Shown here one piece after another: positions 1-11,500 of a stretch of DNA of 64,000 nucleotides (position 1 is the first letter of the stretch; each line of letters opens with the position of its first letter). The position numbers and the translations under genes were made by a program. Source of the stretch: Raillietiella orientalis (lineage: Eukaryota); contig JAYWIR010000042.1 in the NCBI GenBank assembly GCA_036172245.1, forward strand, positions 62,001 to 126,000. The letters are read 5' to 3'. A model generated the notes under the pieces. That model searched no databases and had not been told where the DNA came from. It saw only the letters and a list, made by a program, of their open reading frames with translations.

Positions 1-2600
1 TGGGAATGCGACTCCCCCGGAAACCACGTGCCTGCCCTGGTTGCACCGGCAATACCAGTGCAGGAACAGCAGAGCATCCTGTGGTCTCCAATGGAATGGG
101 AACACGGAGACGTCCTCACACGCGGAAGGGACTGCGAGTTCTTCGGGAAGCACACCGAGCGGGTCACTCCACCGAAGGAGTCTTTTTGCCTAGAAACCAG
201 GAGTGGAGGCGTTCACCAGTTTGCTCGTCTTACAGCTTCCTGCAAAATGATAGGACTTCCCGACTCCTGTCATTTTGCAGGAGAACTCCCACCCTCGCCG
301 CTCATTGTTTACACTGATGGTTATCTGGAATTACTGCGTCTAGTCTTGCAGAAGATTACCCAGAGGACTAAATAGGGGTCTACTCAGTAGAATCTTTGGA
401 CCACGGATTGCAGATGGATCTGTCCTTGAACTTACTTTGTTTCCTCCTGAAGACACAAGCGCAGACGAGGGATGGCAACGTGAGCATCCCGAGTTCGCGG
501 ACCCTATGAGCATGCCCTATGGCGTACATTGAAAGCCCCTGACGTGCAATGAGAGAAGCCCAGGGCAAGCAAACAAGGAAGCTGAACACGAGAGGAAGGA
601 GGATAGTTCTTGACCCAAGGGGGCTTGTCAGATTCATTTGTATGACTGCGTCTGCATTGATCCGGGAAGTTTCTCAGTCCTCCTCGTTGGATGGACCAGC
701 TGCCAGAGCGCTGCGACCGACGATCCCCTCTGATCGCCACGGCAACATCGAGAAGGCACGAGGAAAAGGAGCAGCTCAGGCGAATGAGACTCCGGACTCG
801 ATGACGTCTGCCCGAAGCTGTTTGTGCCTCCGCTGGCGTCTTTCCTGCGCTGCCGCTTCCCGTAGTGCCATGTGATGACTGGTCTTCGGGAACCATCGGG
901 AGCTGGGCCAGAGAAATGACCACGATCATGACTCTCTCAGAGGAGGCGGCAGGAACCTTGTCGGCACTAGCAGCATCTCCGGGACCAGCGATGAGAGCTC
1001 CACAGGCTGCCGCACCATCAGAGGGAACACCAGCATTCAGATCATCGCCGCTGGAGGCGAGAGCACCAGAGGTGGGAGTTCCAGAGGGGTTAGCAAGAGT
1101 AGCGTTGACCTTTCCTTGTGCCCTCCGGTCCTCGCTCCAGGAGATACCACGAAGGAGCCGGATTTCTCCACCTGCCTCCTCCCCCTGTAGGAGGGTTTTC
1201 CTTGGTTTCCTTGAGGGAGATGCGGCGGCACAAGCCGGAAAGCGAAGGTCACAGGAGGCGGCAGGAAGTTGTTTGGCCGGCCTCGGAAACGGGGGGAGCC
1301 ACTGACCGGAGGGACTCTTGAGGCACTCCCGCGTGCCAGCGGGCCGACCGGCTCCAGGCCCGCCGCTTCAGGAACTCGAAGACCATCGGGGGAACCGAGA
1401 GCTCGAATCCCTGCACGATCTTCACCCAGAGGGGGATGCGATATCTGGAGGCGCTTCATCCCGCCCGCCACGGGAGAAGAAGCAGACACGGAGGAAGGAC
1501 AAGAAGGGAAGCGCGCGACGAACTACGAGCGTCAGGAAGGAACGGCGGGAAGGGGACGCTCTTCACTACGGGGAGGGTCGAATCTCCAGCAGCAGAGGGG
1601 AAACTCTCATTCCGTGCCCGTCAGCGTTGCCGCAGCTGACCACTTGACAGTTCGCCACTTGGTCGGCTCGGCGGAGAGCAGCCTTTTTTTTTCCTGGAGG
1701 CTGTCGGTCCCGGACCGCCTGCAGAGGTGTCTCCCGCGGAGGTTTCTCCTGCAGCCCCTTGAGCGGGACTCCCGGAGCGTTCGACGTCAGGAACAGGCAG
1801 CAGGCGTGACGCGTCTCAGAAGCAACAACAAAAAAAAATAAAGGAAGAAAGGGGAGAAGGAAGGATGGAAGAGGGGGAACGAGAGCGTCCTGCAGAAGAG
1901 AATAAAAAGGAATCTCCGAGGTTAATCTGCGCGGCATCCTCTTTCTCATGCTCCTCCTGCCAGAGGCGCTCTTCGTTCAGGGAGAGCACCCAGGAATGGG
2001 CTCTTGCTTATCGCACGCGGGGCTCTCCTGAGCGGGCACCGAGAGACGGAAAGCTCCAACCGAGCAGCAGCTTCCAGGGAAGATTCCGCTCCTAAGCACT
2101 TCCGCTGCTTATCAGCTGGAGCGCTTCCCGTCTCCGCGACAGGAGGAACGGGGGAAGCAGTTGGGGTATTCAGGAGCAGATAACTCCGTTCCGAAGGAGC
2201 AGGTCCTCTAATTCCTCCCAGAATCTTCTTCCGTCCCTCTCCTTCCTTGGCCTCCTAACGAGGGGAGGCGATCCCGGCTGGGAATCCGGGATTGCTTCTC
2301 GTCCTCTTCGTGTTTCTACGCTCGCATCTCCCCATCCCTGCCATCCTACGTCTTCCTCCTTGCCCTTCTCCAGATGCGTTGCCTCGGGCTCGCTTTCCAC
2401 TAGGCTGATTCTGGCTCTTCCTTTTCCCTGATTCCTTCTGGAAGTAGCTGCCGACCCACTGCGGAACCCACCGCGATTTCAATTTTTCTACCTCGATGGG
2501 GTGGGATTCGGAATTTTTTAGGGCCCCTAGGGCAGCACTCCGGCACTCGAAGAAGCGGACGGACGCGTCACGCATTCCGCTTTGACCTCTCCTTGCACCA
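1..2600 (-). mobile_element. Decayed LINE ORF2 remnant running off the window start
   Basis: GMRDASVRFF, ERDGRRFWEELEDLL (APE-like), SPLGSRTILLPLVFS and ELGML (post-RT-like). Confidence 0.3.
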
Positions 2601-3049
2601 CCTTCTGTTGGGAGGAAAGGAGGGAGGAGCAGCCACGCGAAGCCCGAAAGCCAATCAGGGGGGGGGAGAGGAGAAGTAGGGGGTGGCATAGGGACAAGGA
2701 ACGAAGTTGGGGGAAAACAAAAACAAGATGAAAAGTGTGGACTCGCAGCTGCAAGTGTTAGCAACTCGGCAGGAGAGGAAAAAACGAGGATGGGCATCCG
2801 CGTCGCCGGAAGAGGGGAGCGCTTGACTTCCCTGAGGGGTTCATTGCTGCCAAGGAACGCGCCGCTAGCCTCCGAAGTTCCACCTTCCCTCCCGTTTGTA
2901 GCCTTCTTCCGATCCCCAGGCCAAACCCTGCGAAATTCAAGCGCCCTTCTGCCCCCATTGTTCGGCAACAAGAACAGGTAGGTCGAAAGGAGGAGGGCTA
3001 AGTCTGGAAAATTTCAGCCTAAATGTCGGGGTGGGGGGAAGAAGTTCAA

Positions 3050-5300
3050 GTCAGCTATCTACGGGATGACACTGCAGGCACCACGGAGAAAAGTTTCTTC
3101 ATCCAGCAGCAGGATCCTTGAGAGCAGGGGATCCCCGGGAAGTCGAAATGGGGATCTCTTTTTCGTGTCCTTCTCACGTCTTTCCAATTCCTCCACGTGT
3201 TCACATGTCCTACCTGAGGTGGATGACCAACAATTAATCCATGGGCCCTACACGAAACTTTGGTCAGATATGCACGCACCTCGGAAGAAAGATCGAGTCA
3301 TTATCCCTGACCTCCGTCGCCTCCTCCAAACTCAAGGATACCACCTGGAGCCGACACGACACAGGTTACCACACCTCAGGACTAACATCGCGAGCTGTCT
3401 CCCACCCTTCCTCCAGGAAGGCAGGAAAGTATCGGCCCGTGCGCTCGCGGTAAACCTGGTGTTCTAGGATACGAGAAACGATGGTTACTTGAGGGAACTT
3501 GGTATCACCGCAGAAAACACTGTACATGGGTGTGTTCCAATGTATAACATAGCGGGAACGTATACTGGGTCCACCCTCGGGGTCATCAGCCGCACTGTAG
3601 TGGGATTTGCAGCGCTGTTTCCCTGATCCTGATAAGCGGTCTTTGAAAATGAGGGAAACTGTGTGTTCCGTGTCCACCCACGCGCATTCAGATCGAGATG
3701 TCATCGGGGTCACCCCGCAACTTCCAAGTCTTTGAGCGCCTCTTCCCACTTCGCCCCCTGGTGAGAAAGGCGTCTACATACTTCAGCCTTGTTGGGAGTA
3801 GTTTTACATCCAATTGGCGACATTGGAGCTCCCGTTAGTGCAGTTCCTTTCTCGTCCTTTCCTCCACAAGTCGCCAATTCCGTGCTGAGAAAAGAGGGAT
3901 GAGAACCACCGGGAAAACTGCGAGCCCCCAAACCAACATCGTCGCGATCGAGCAGCGCCACCTGCAGTGAGTTACAGCGTGACGGCTAGCAAACAAAGCA
4001 CTCTTTCTCTAGAAACCCACTCTGGTTACCATGGAACCGGGAACCAAGCAACGCTCATCAGAGACCGAAAACATCCAAACACTAAGTCATCCTTGCAGAC
4101 AGTGAAAGACCTCTCCGGGCGAGCGGCGAGCTATGATTGCCAAGACAACATGTTTTCATGTGACCGACCGGAAACAGTCGATGGAGAAGCGTTTCCTGCT
4201 CAGACGGATGCATTCGCATCTTTTAGTCACGAAGAACCCCTGGAAATTTGGACTTTTCAGCTTCCAGTCTCCAGTGTGCTTTAGTTGCCAGCGACTTCTG
4301 CTCTGATCGCCAGGGAAATCCTGCTTTCGGATCCGCGGAGGACAGCCAGAGTGTCTTGCAGCCTTGTCTGCCCTCAGAAGGAGGTTCTCCTTGAATCGCA
4401 AAAGGTCAGCAGCCGAGAGGGCAAGTCACGAACGCCATCGAGGTGCGTCAGGGATACTCCAGTTCCGTAGATGCGAGTGACCTATGAACGGTGGAGTTGG
4501 ACCGACATGCTCGATGGACGGCCCATTTCCTCCCTAGCCCATATCAGAGAGATATTCTTCCTCCCCGTTTCTCGATTCCTCCCACTCTTTGACTCCCAAT
4601 GCCCTCGGTGAACCCGGATCGAACGTTTGCAGAACGCAGTGACTTCATCTTGAGGAAGTTTTGGGGGGGGAATAATGACCTTCCTGGGACCTGGAACTTC
4701 TCTTCTGATCTTGGGCACCTGAAACCTGAGTTTCCGCTGTGCAGTCAGAAAGTTCGCTTCCAGAAGCGGAAAGGCGGTGGTCGGCCGTTTATGAGCGGGG
4801 TTTGTCCGGAAGAAACCTTCCACAAACGTCCATCCTTTACAGGCTCCGCCGAGTCTCTCCAGTTCCTTTGCTTCCGGAAGTCTCGTCCTCTCTAATTCAC
4901 ACGGAGATGCTCGAGTGCAGGTTCCAGAAAAGAAATGACCTTCTGTTCGGCTCTACACTTTTCTTGCAAGCGCTGTTTCTCTGTAGCTGTTTTTCTGAAG
5001 TTCTTCCAGGATAGACCGCTGTTCCTCAGAAGTGTCCTTGGATGCGGCGGAGACAACAGTAGAGCAAGGTGATCGCATCCGTACGGCGAGGAAGAACAAA
5101 GTCAGGTAAGTCAGGAAAGGAAGGAAGCTGAGTGCATGGAAAGAGGGAAGGGGCAAGAAAGTTGTCCCAAGGTTTCCTAAAGCACTCGCTCTCATGTTGC
5201 TTCCAGGAGTGGGCAAAGGAAACGCATCCTATAAGGGAAAAGGGGCGAGAAGAGTTCTTCCTCATGAGGAGCAGGTTGCTGAGGCACGGCTGGCTCAGGA
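3050..5300 (-). mobile_element. Decayed LINE ORF2 remnant downstream of the gene
   Basis: VSSGQTPLINGRPPPFRFWK (K.PG.DG..FW-like), VPK, TAFCKRSI and CAWVDTEHTVSLIF in order. Confidence 0.3.
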
Positions 5301-5374
5301 AAGCATTCCCACCCATTCTTCATGTCCCTGCCCACATCAGATACCTCCTTTCATATACGAATGTCTTTTTTCCT

Positions 5375-5380
5375 TTTATT
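5375..5380 (-). terminator. Polyadenylation signal AATAAA of the DIP-like gene
   Basis: TTTATT on the + strand. In the transcript it follows a U17 tract (A-run 5384-5400) and lies downstream of the TGA at 5442-5440. Confidence 0.65.
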
Positions 5381-5439
5381 CAGAAAAAAAAAAAAAAAAA
5401 GGAAACAGAACTCTGCAAATAGACCCGCTTGGCAGATCG

Positions 5440-5597
5440 TCATCTTCTTCGTAGGGCAAAGCACAGATTGAGGGCAGCGGTGGCTGCGAGTTTGGGAGGC
5501 AGCGGGAGCGCCCACGCCGAGCTTGTGATGAACTGCACTCTGTACCAGTCGTAGGAGTTCCTGGTCTCCAGTTGCGAGCCGGAGGTCGTTCGTGTCC
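5440..5597 (-). CDS. DIP-like exon 9 (putative GPI-anchor signal and stop)
   Basis: Acceptor ctcttctag|; encodes (R)TRTTSGSQLETRNSYDWYRVQFITSSAWALPLPPKLAATAALNLCFALRRR*. Small residues S-S-A are followed by a hydrophobic tail, and AATAAA lies 60 nt past the stop. Confidence 0.75.
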
Positions 5598-8500
5598 CTA
5601 GAAGAGCAGTACTCCGTTTAGATAAGCCGACTTTTGAAGATCTTTTCTAGCCTTCCGGTTGCAGCACGCGGACGACGCCGACCTACGTGCAGCCAACCAC
5701 CAGACCATCCCTTCCCCCCGACCAGACTGTAAGAAATTTCGGAGAGGGAAACTCCAAAGACCAGAGCCTGGTCTTCATTGAAGTTGCCCTAATTGTCTTA
5801 TGTCTTGTGACCTGGGATAATTTGCTCACAATGTCTTAATTCCCTTTGCTTTGCTGGAATCTGTAAGATGTGTGCTCACTCCCTTTAGCTCCTCCGATGC
5901 TCCCGAAGGCAGAATCATTTTTATCCAGGAGAGCTCGTTTCTTCTTGAATACTACCCTTCTCTTTGACTCCTTAGTCATGATCTCCTGCGTTATCGTCAC
6001 TAAGCGTTTTCCTCACTACTCATCCCAATAACTAACTTCGTCTTCCGTATCTTCTTTTCCAAGAGTCTTTCCCATCTATGCCCAAATTCCTTGACCAATA
6101 TACACCTCACGAGTAAAGGTGCCCCAGAGCGCTCTCACCGGGAGAGGGGCATCGAACATGGCGTCATCTTTCCATCAGGAGGACATCTTTGTTCAGGACG
6201 GCTGTGCCAAATTCCTGGTTCGATTCTGTTCTGACGCATACAAGAAACAGTGGGTACCACTGTTCTCCGAAGAGGACAAGATGCAATTGGACCTCCAAGC
6301 AGCAGCTATTCTTCAAGCCCTGGATTACCATTGACACGATAGCTACTTTTACGTCTGGAGGTTCCAGGCACGGTTAGTTGCCAGAGCTGCGATAAAATCT
6401 TGGCGCGTCCTCTTAATCTCCTCCAAATGGCGGTGCACTCCTCTATTCTCTTTCGTGTCAAGAAGGAGTAAGGTAAAGAGAAGACAAGCAGCGAAGATAG
6501 CAGTCAATATTCTCAACCTCTCCCCTGCAAGGTCGGCACTTGCTCCCTGCTTCCATGAGCAGACTCGTAACCAAAGGCTTCCCGGAAGGGAGGACACACA
6601 CATGTGAGGAAGATGAACCTGCTCTTCATGCGTGCTATTTAAAGGAAACTCTCTGGAGAAGCACCGGCAGGTTTGCATGAGACTAGGAGGAATCCAGTAG
6701 TCACCCGATTTTCTAGAGTCTGTCAAGGGCACTCCTCTCTGTACCCACCCTGCAGACGATCAAACCTTTACCTACTAGCGCCTCTGCTTTCTCCACCTTC
6801 AGCAACAGCTTCTTGAGTTTACGAGAAAAATCAGTCCCTGGCACCGATTCTCTTCCCACACCAAAAAGAGCTCCATTACGATGGGAAACTCTGAGTGGTA
6901 AACTGTTCCACCCTACTTTCGTGATACTCTCGTGGGAACTACTGGAAGTAGAAGTTTCAGTGGGAATTTCTTCTTCGGATGAGAATGAACCAGCCCTCAA
7001 GGGGCGCTTCTGAGATTGAAGCAGTGGCTTGCTGAGGTTGAGACATCTTTCGAACCATTCAGGTAATATAAGAGGGCAATATGCTTTACATTTCTGCCTT
7101 CAGAAGCTCCGGGACTTCATCCAGTGCTCCGTGGTCCAAATGATCGCCGGTCAACCGTTGTCAACCGGCTCTGTTGTCGTCTGCGGCAAAAAAAAAAAGC
7201 CTCCGTGGTCCGCTGCAGGAAGTACAGAGATTTTCTTTCCTGTAGGCACCCCTTCGACTAGCGCCTGTTGGAACAGGGAAGCCGTCCGTGTGGAAACCAA
7301 AGTCTCCGGCAAAGCATCCAAGCATATCGTGGGCGTTCAGTTGTCTGGGCGCCACTGCGAAAGCAAGGCGCCCAGTCAGCAAGTTAAACAGAAGATAGAA
7401 AAATCCAGAGGTGCTTTTCGGAAGAAAACAGTGCCCTCCAGCAACCCTGAATCCCTCCAGAGCTTCTATCTCCTTCGCCCTGGGACTCTAGTCGTCTCAG
7501 CAGCTACGCGGTAGATCGCTAGTCAAGCGTCTCGGGTATGCAGGCATCTTAATATCAGTCTGGGAGACCGTTGCGGCATGCAGGACTTTTCCTTCACTCC
7601 TGAAGGATAGAATCTTTCCTAACCGACAGTTTTTCTCTCTACGGGAGTCTACGTTCTTCCTGAGGAAGAGATTAGGACGGACACTTCTCCCGTTCCGTAT
7701 CCTTAGTGGTCCTAACTGCACAGCATCTGCCCACTCAGTGGAGAGATATTCCCGAGACGAGAAGGCTACATCATCATTTAGTCAAGTACTACTGATACAT
7801 GGCAATGTTTCACACTAGGGAATGTCCGGAGGCAGGCCGGATGCGTCTTCACGGCCGAGAGGCAGTCGCACGCGGAAGCTTCGCAACCGTAGACGGAAAG
7901 CAGCCTCGGGAATAGACGTGCTCTTTTCTTACTTGTGGAAAACGTGCTGAGGTCCTGTCCCTTCCTCTCCAGCAGGGACTCCTTCCTGATCGTTGCTAGG
8001 GCGACCGCCTCCGTCGTCATCAGCGAAGGGAACGAGGCGGGGCTTTCTACAGACGGCGCCGCCCAGCTCGTGCTCGCCGTACCCGTACTGGCGATGGTGG
8101 TGGTAACCCTGACAGTTGTCGTGGTGGTCGTCATGATCGTAGTGGTAATGATCTCTGCAAGACCACCGCGCTCATTGTCACCGCTGGGTGACCGGAGTCG
8201 CGATCTCGCGTTGGGGGACCGACTACTTGCCGTACACCAGAATCCTGGATGAGTTCCGTCCTTCTGAATTGTTGGTCCTGCACTCGTAATAGCCAAAGTC
8301 ACTGTGAACGAGGTTGCTGATGGTGAGCTCGGAGATCACAGATGTGGCCCCAGAAGCTTTTTCGGCGACGGCGTACTTTTCGCTAAGAACAGAGAGTGAG
8401 AGAGAGATGCGATGATGACGGTGATGACGAGGGAGAGTAGGAGGAGAGGAAGTATGGAGGCAGATGAAGGGAGCTGTTCATATTCAGTACGCGGAGGATA

Positions 8501-11500
8501 GAAAGATCCTCCCGAGATATCGCGCGGGCGCCCGCCGAGAGCCCTTATGAAAAACGACCCCGGCTCCTCGTCCTCAGCCGGAGGGAGGAGCGAAGACAGC
8601 GTCATCGCGTCCCAGCATCCCGATCATAAATCCCGTTCCGGAGGTTTGCGGCAGCAGCAGCCACCGAGCCAGCAGGAATTCTCGCGCAGGGAAAGGACGC
8701 AGCGCTCTTTCGTTGGCGGGCTTCTCCGAGAGCCAGCTGTACCTGCGGGTAAACCTCTGATCTTCTTGTGGTCTGCCTTTCGCAGCCGGTGAGATGGAAG
8801 GAAGGAAGAAGCGAAGGCAGGGGGAGCTTCGACCTCTCCCCTTTTGCCGGAGTGATGCCTCTGTTGAGCCCCTATGTTGTGCTGATCCCGGAAGAGAGGT
8901 GGTCGGCGTGGGAACGACTGCTCCCTGACCTTCTGCCGGAGACAGCGTGGTTCCTCTTCTTCCATTCACCATCCCGAAGGACGACCTCCGCGAAATAGGT
9001 TGGTCCACAACCTAGCCTGGTCTCTCATTGCAACGGGTCCACGCCTCTCTGCTCGAACATGTCGATCTCCTTGGTGGTCTATACGGCTTTTCCCGATGCG
9101 CAGGAGAGGGGAAATGAAGGAAAAGGGAGGGGAAAGCAAGGAGACGAGACTCACTCCCCTGCCCTTCCCCGATAGACACAGTCCGATAGTCTCTCCATTT
9201 TCTGAAGGTGGTTCCTTCCTCGAGCTCTGTTCCGTTGCCTTTGTGGGCAGATGGGCACTTGTCTGGACTGGGAGGCCCGAGTCAGAAGCGTTCCAGGATC
9301 GGAGGTGTCACTGTGATCAAAGAATCAGGAGCTGCTCCAGAAGCTGGCCGTGAGCACGAGAAGATAAGCCCTACGTCCACATCAGGTAGATCACCCTGTG
9401 GAAAGAGAGATCTTTGCCCCGAGGGACCCTGTCAACGGAGGGGCTAGAGGTACACCGCCAGGCGCGAGTCGGCTCCTGGACCAGAACAGAGTTCCCTCCG
9501 TTCAGGTCCAGGTAACAGGAAACCTAACCTTCCGAGCTCCGTACCGGCCTCGGGTCCCCGACCAAGTGACGTCATCCCAGAAATCGCTATCCTTCTGAGA
9601 AGTGAGATGCGGCACACGGTGGTTCAGCAGGAGATGCGACCCCGGCGAAAGATCCCTCGTTCTGGCCCGCGATCTCCAAGTCTCCTGCACCTTTGCGCGA
9701 GGACTCAGCATCCCAAGGGGGAGCGAAAGTTGCAGCCAGCGACCCAGAGGCGGGCTCACGGAGGCCGCGGCTGAGTCGCAGCTGGTCCTTCCCGCTGGAT
9801 TCTCTGAGGCCGCGAGTAACCCGCTGAGTTGATCCCTCCCCTTCCCTTCTGAGGCTAGAGCTTCCCCGGTGGTATACGCCAATGCGTCTAGAAATAAGGG
9901 TCCTTCCGCTACCTTTAGGAGAAATAGAGAGGAGTCGGACGGAAAGGTCTCCGCCGCGATGCTGGGACAAGAAGGAGGCTGAGGATGACAGCAAAAGACC
10001 GTTCCCTCTCTCTTCCCCTCCTTTCATGGTTCGGCACTGGAAACGCGAAAGAGCGCCTATAAGAAAACAGAAGAGTCTTTCCGAGACTGCCTGCGGCGAG
10101 AGTGGCAATCGTATTTACTCGCGGAGTCCCTCGCCTCCCAGAAGAGACAAGCAGAAACGTCCCCTTGCCCGCATGAGGAAGCACCAGAGAACCCTGCTTA
10201 CTCACTCACCGACCTGGAACTTCCGCATTCTCCCCAAGGCATCCCTCCGGAATAGGTACCGGATGGATCGGTCGAGACCAGTCAGGGAACGCGTCAGAGG
10301 ATCAGAAAATCCGCGTTCCCTCCCTTCCCTTCCCACCCATGCACCCGGCGACACAGACACATCCTCTCATTCCCTTCCCTCCCGTACCTCGTCTCCTCGA
10401 TCCTGGAGTTGTTTCTCGCCCAGGACACGGAGGGCCTAGGGTGGCCCTCCCCTCGACACGTCAGTACAGCAAAGGCTCCCAGGGAGGCGCCCCTCTCCGG
10501 GTCCTCCGGGAAGACGGCAGGTGCAACTGGCGGGGAAAGTCCTGAGAGGGGGACGCTCTCGGCTTACCTGAGCGGGAAGGAAGATCGGAACCCCAGACTC
10601 CCCTGAGACAAGTCAGTGATCTTCCCCCACCCCTTGTCCTGGATCCTGGGTGAGAAACTCGGGGAGTGGGATCGTTTTCGCCAGGAGGGAGGCAGACGAT
10701 TGTGCTTATCCCACCAGATTTCTCTGCCTTCCTCCATACGGTGTCCCTGACCATGGGGTGCTCAGAGGGAGGGGAGAGCGCAGCCCCCTCCCGGGTGACA
10801 AGGGGTCTTCCGACCGCATGAGCGAAGCAGGCGTGGAACTACGGGACCCCTATTTCACTTCCTAGCCCCTTGAAGCTCAGGTGAAGAGAGGAGTAGTAGG
10901 GTCTGGGGACTGCAGTGTAGAGATGACCGGTTTAAGGAGTAGAGTAGACGCACACCCAGGCTTGTCTCCTTTCTCCCTCTGGGGGCAAGTAGGGAGGTGC
11001 TGAGAGAAGTGCAGAGAGAATGCTGTTCCAGGGGTGCCAAAAGAGGATCCCAGGAACTTCCTTGTGGGGAGGAAGGAGAGGGGAAAGTGAGGAACAGGGG
11101 GTGCATCGGCCCGAAGCCCCATTCCTAGTAGCTGAACCCAAAATGAATTTACGTCATTCAGGGTTTAGCTGGGGAAGGAGTCGATCGAGACGCGACTCTC
11201 CCAGAGGTAAGGGAAGAGCTCGGCTTGCTCCCTCGATTTCCTTCCTTTCCCTCGCCCTTTGCCAAGACTCGTTTCCTTGGCAATCATCTTTCCTGCAGAC
11301 CGATGGAAGGGCTGAGATTTTTAGAAGCCCGTAGTCGTCAGAGATGGCGGGAGACAGCTTTCCTGACATCATTCGGGAGAATTTCCAGGACCCTCTTGGG
11401 GGCTTAAGCTGGTCTCAGGATCTGCTTGGAGCAGCAGAAAGAGCGAGGGGAGGCTGGCGCCCGGGCCTTTGTTAGATGGCCAGATGCTCCCCTCTTCCCT

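Noticed and set aside
3006..3023. GGAAAATTTCAGCCTAAA resembling the LINE terminal motif
   Set aside because: Short match without the upstream AATAAA/hairpin module; compatible with chance.
5700..6300. Endogenous RNA-virus fragment
   Set aside because: Multiple stops and no recognisable viral motif; cannot be supported without a search.
7933..8382. Apparent APE (SDF, RSRL) and RT (QDLSTF as YADD-like) motifs
   Set aside because: Better explained as DIP exons 7-8 with proper splice sites. This shows by-eye motif matching can mislead, which is why the decayed-TE calls have low confidence.
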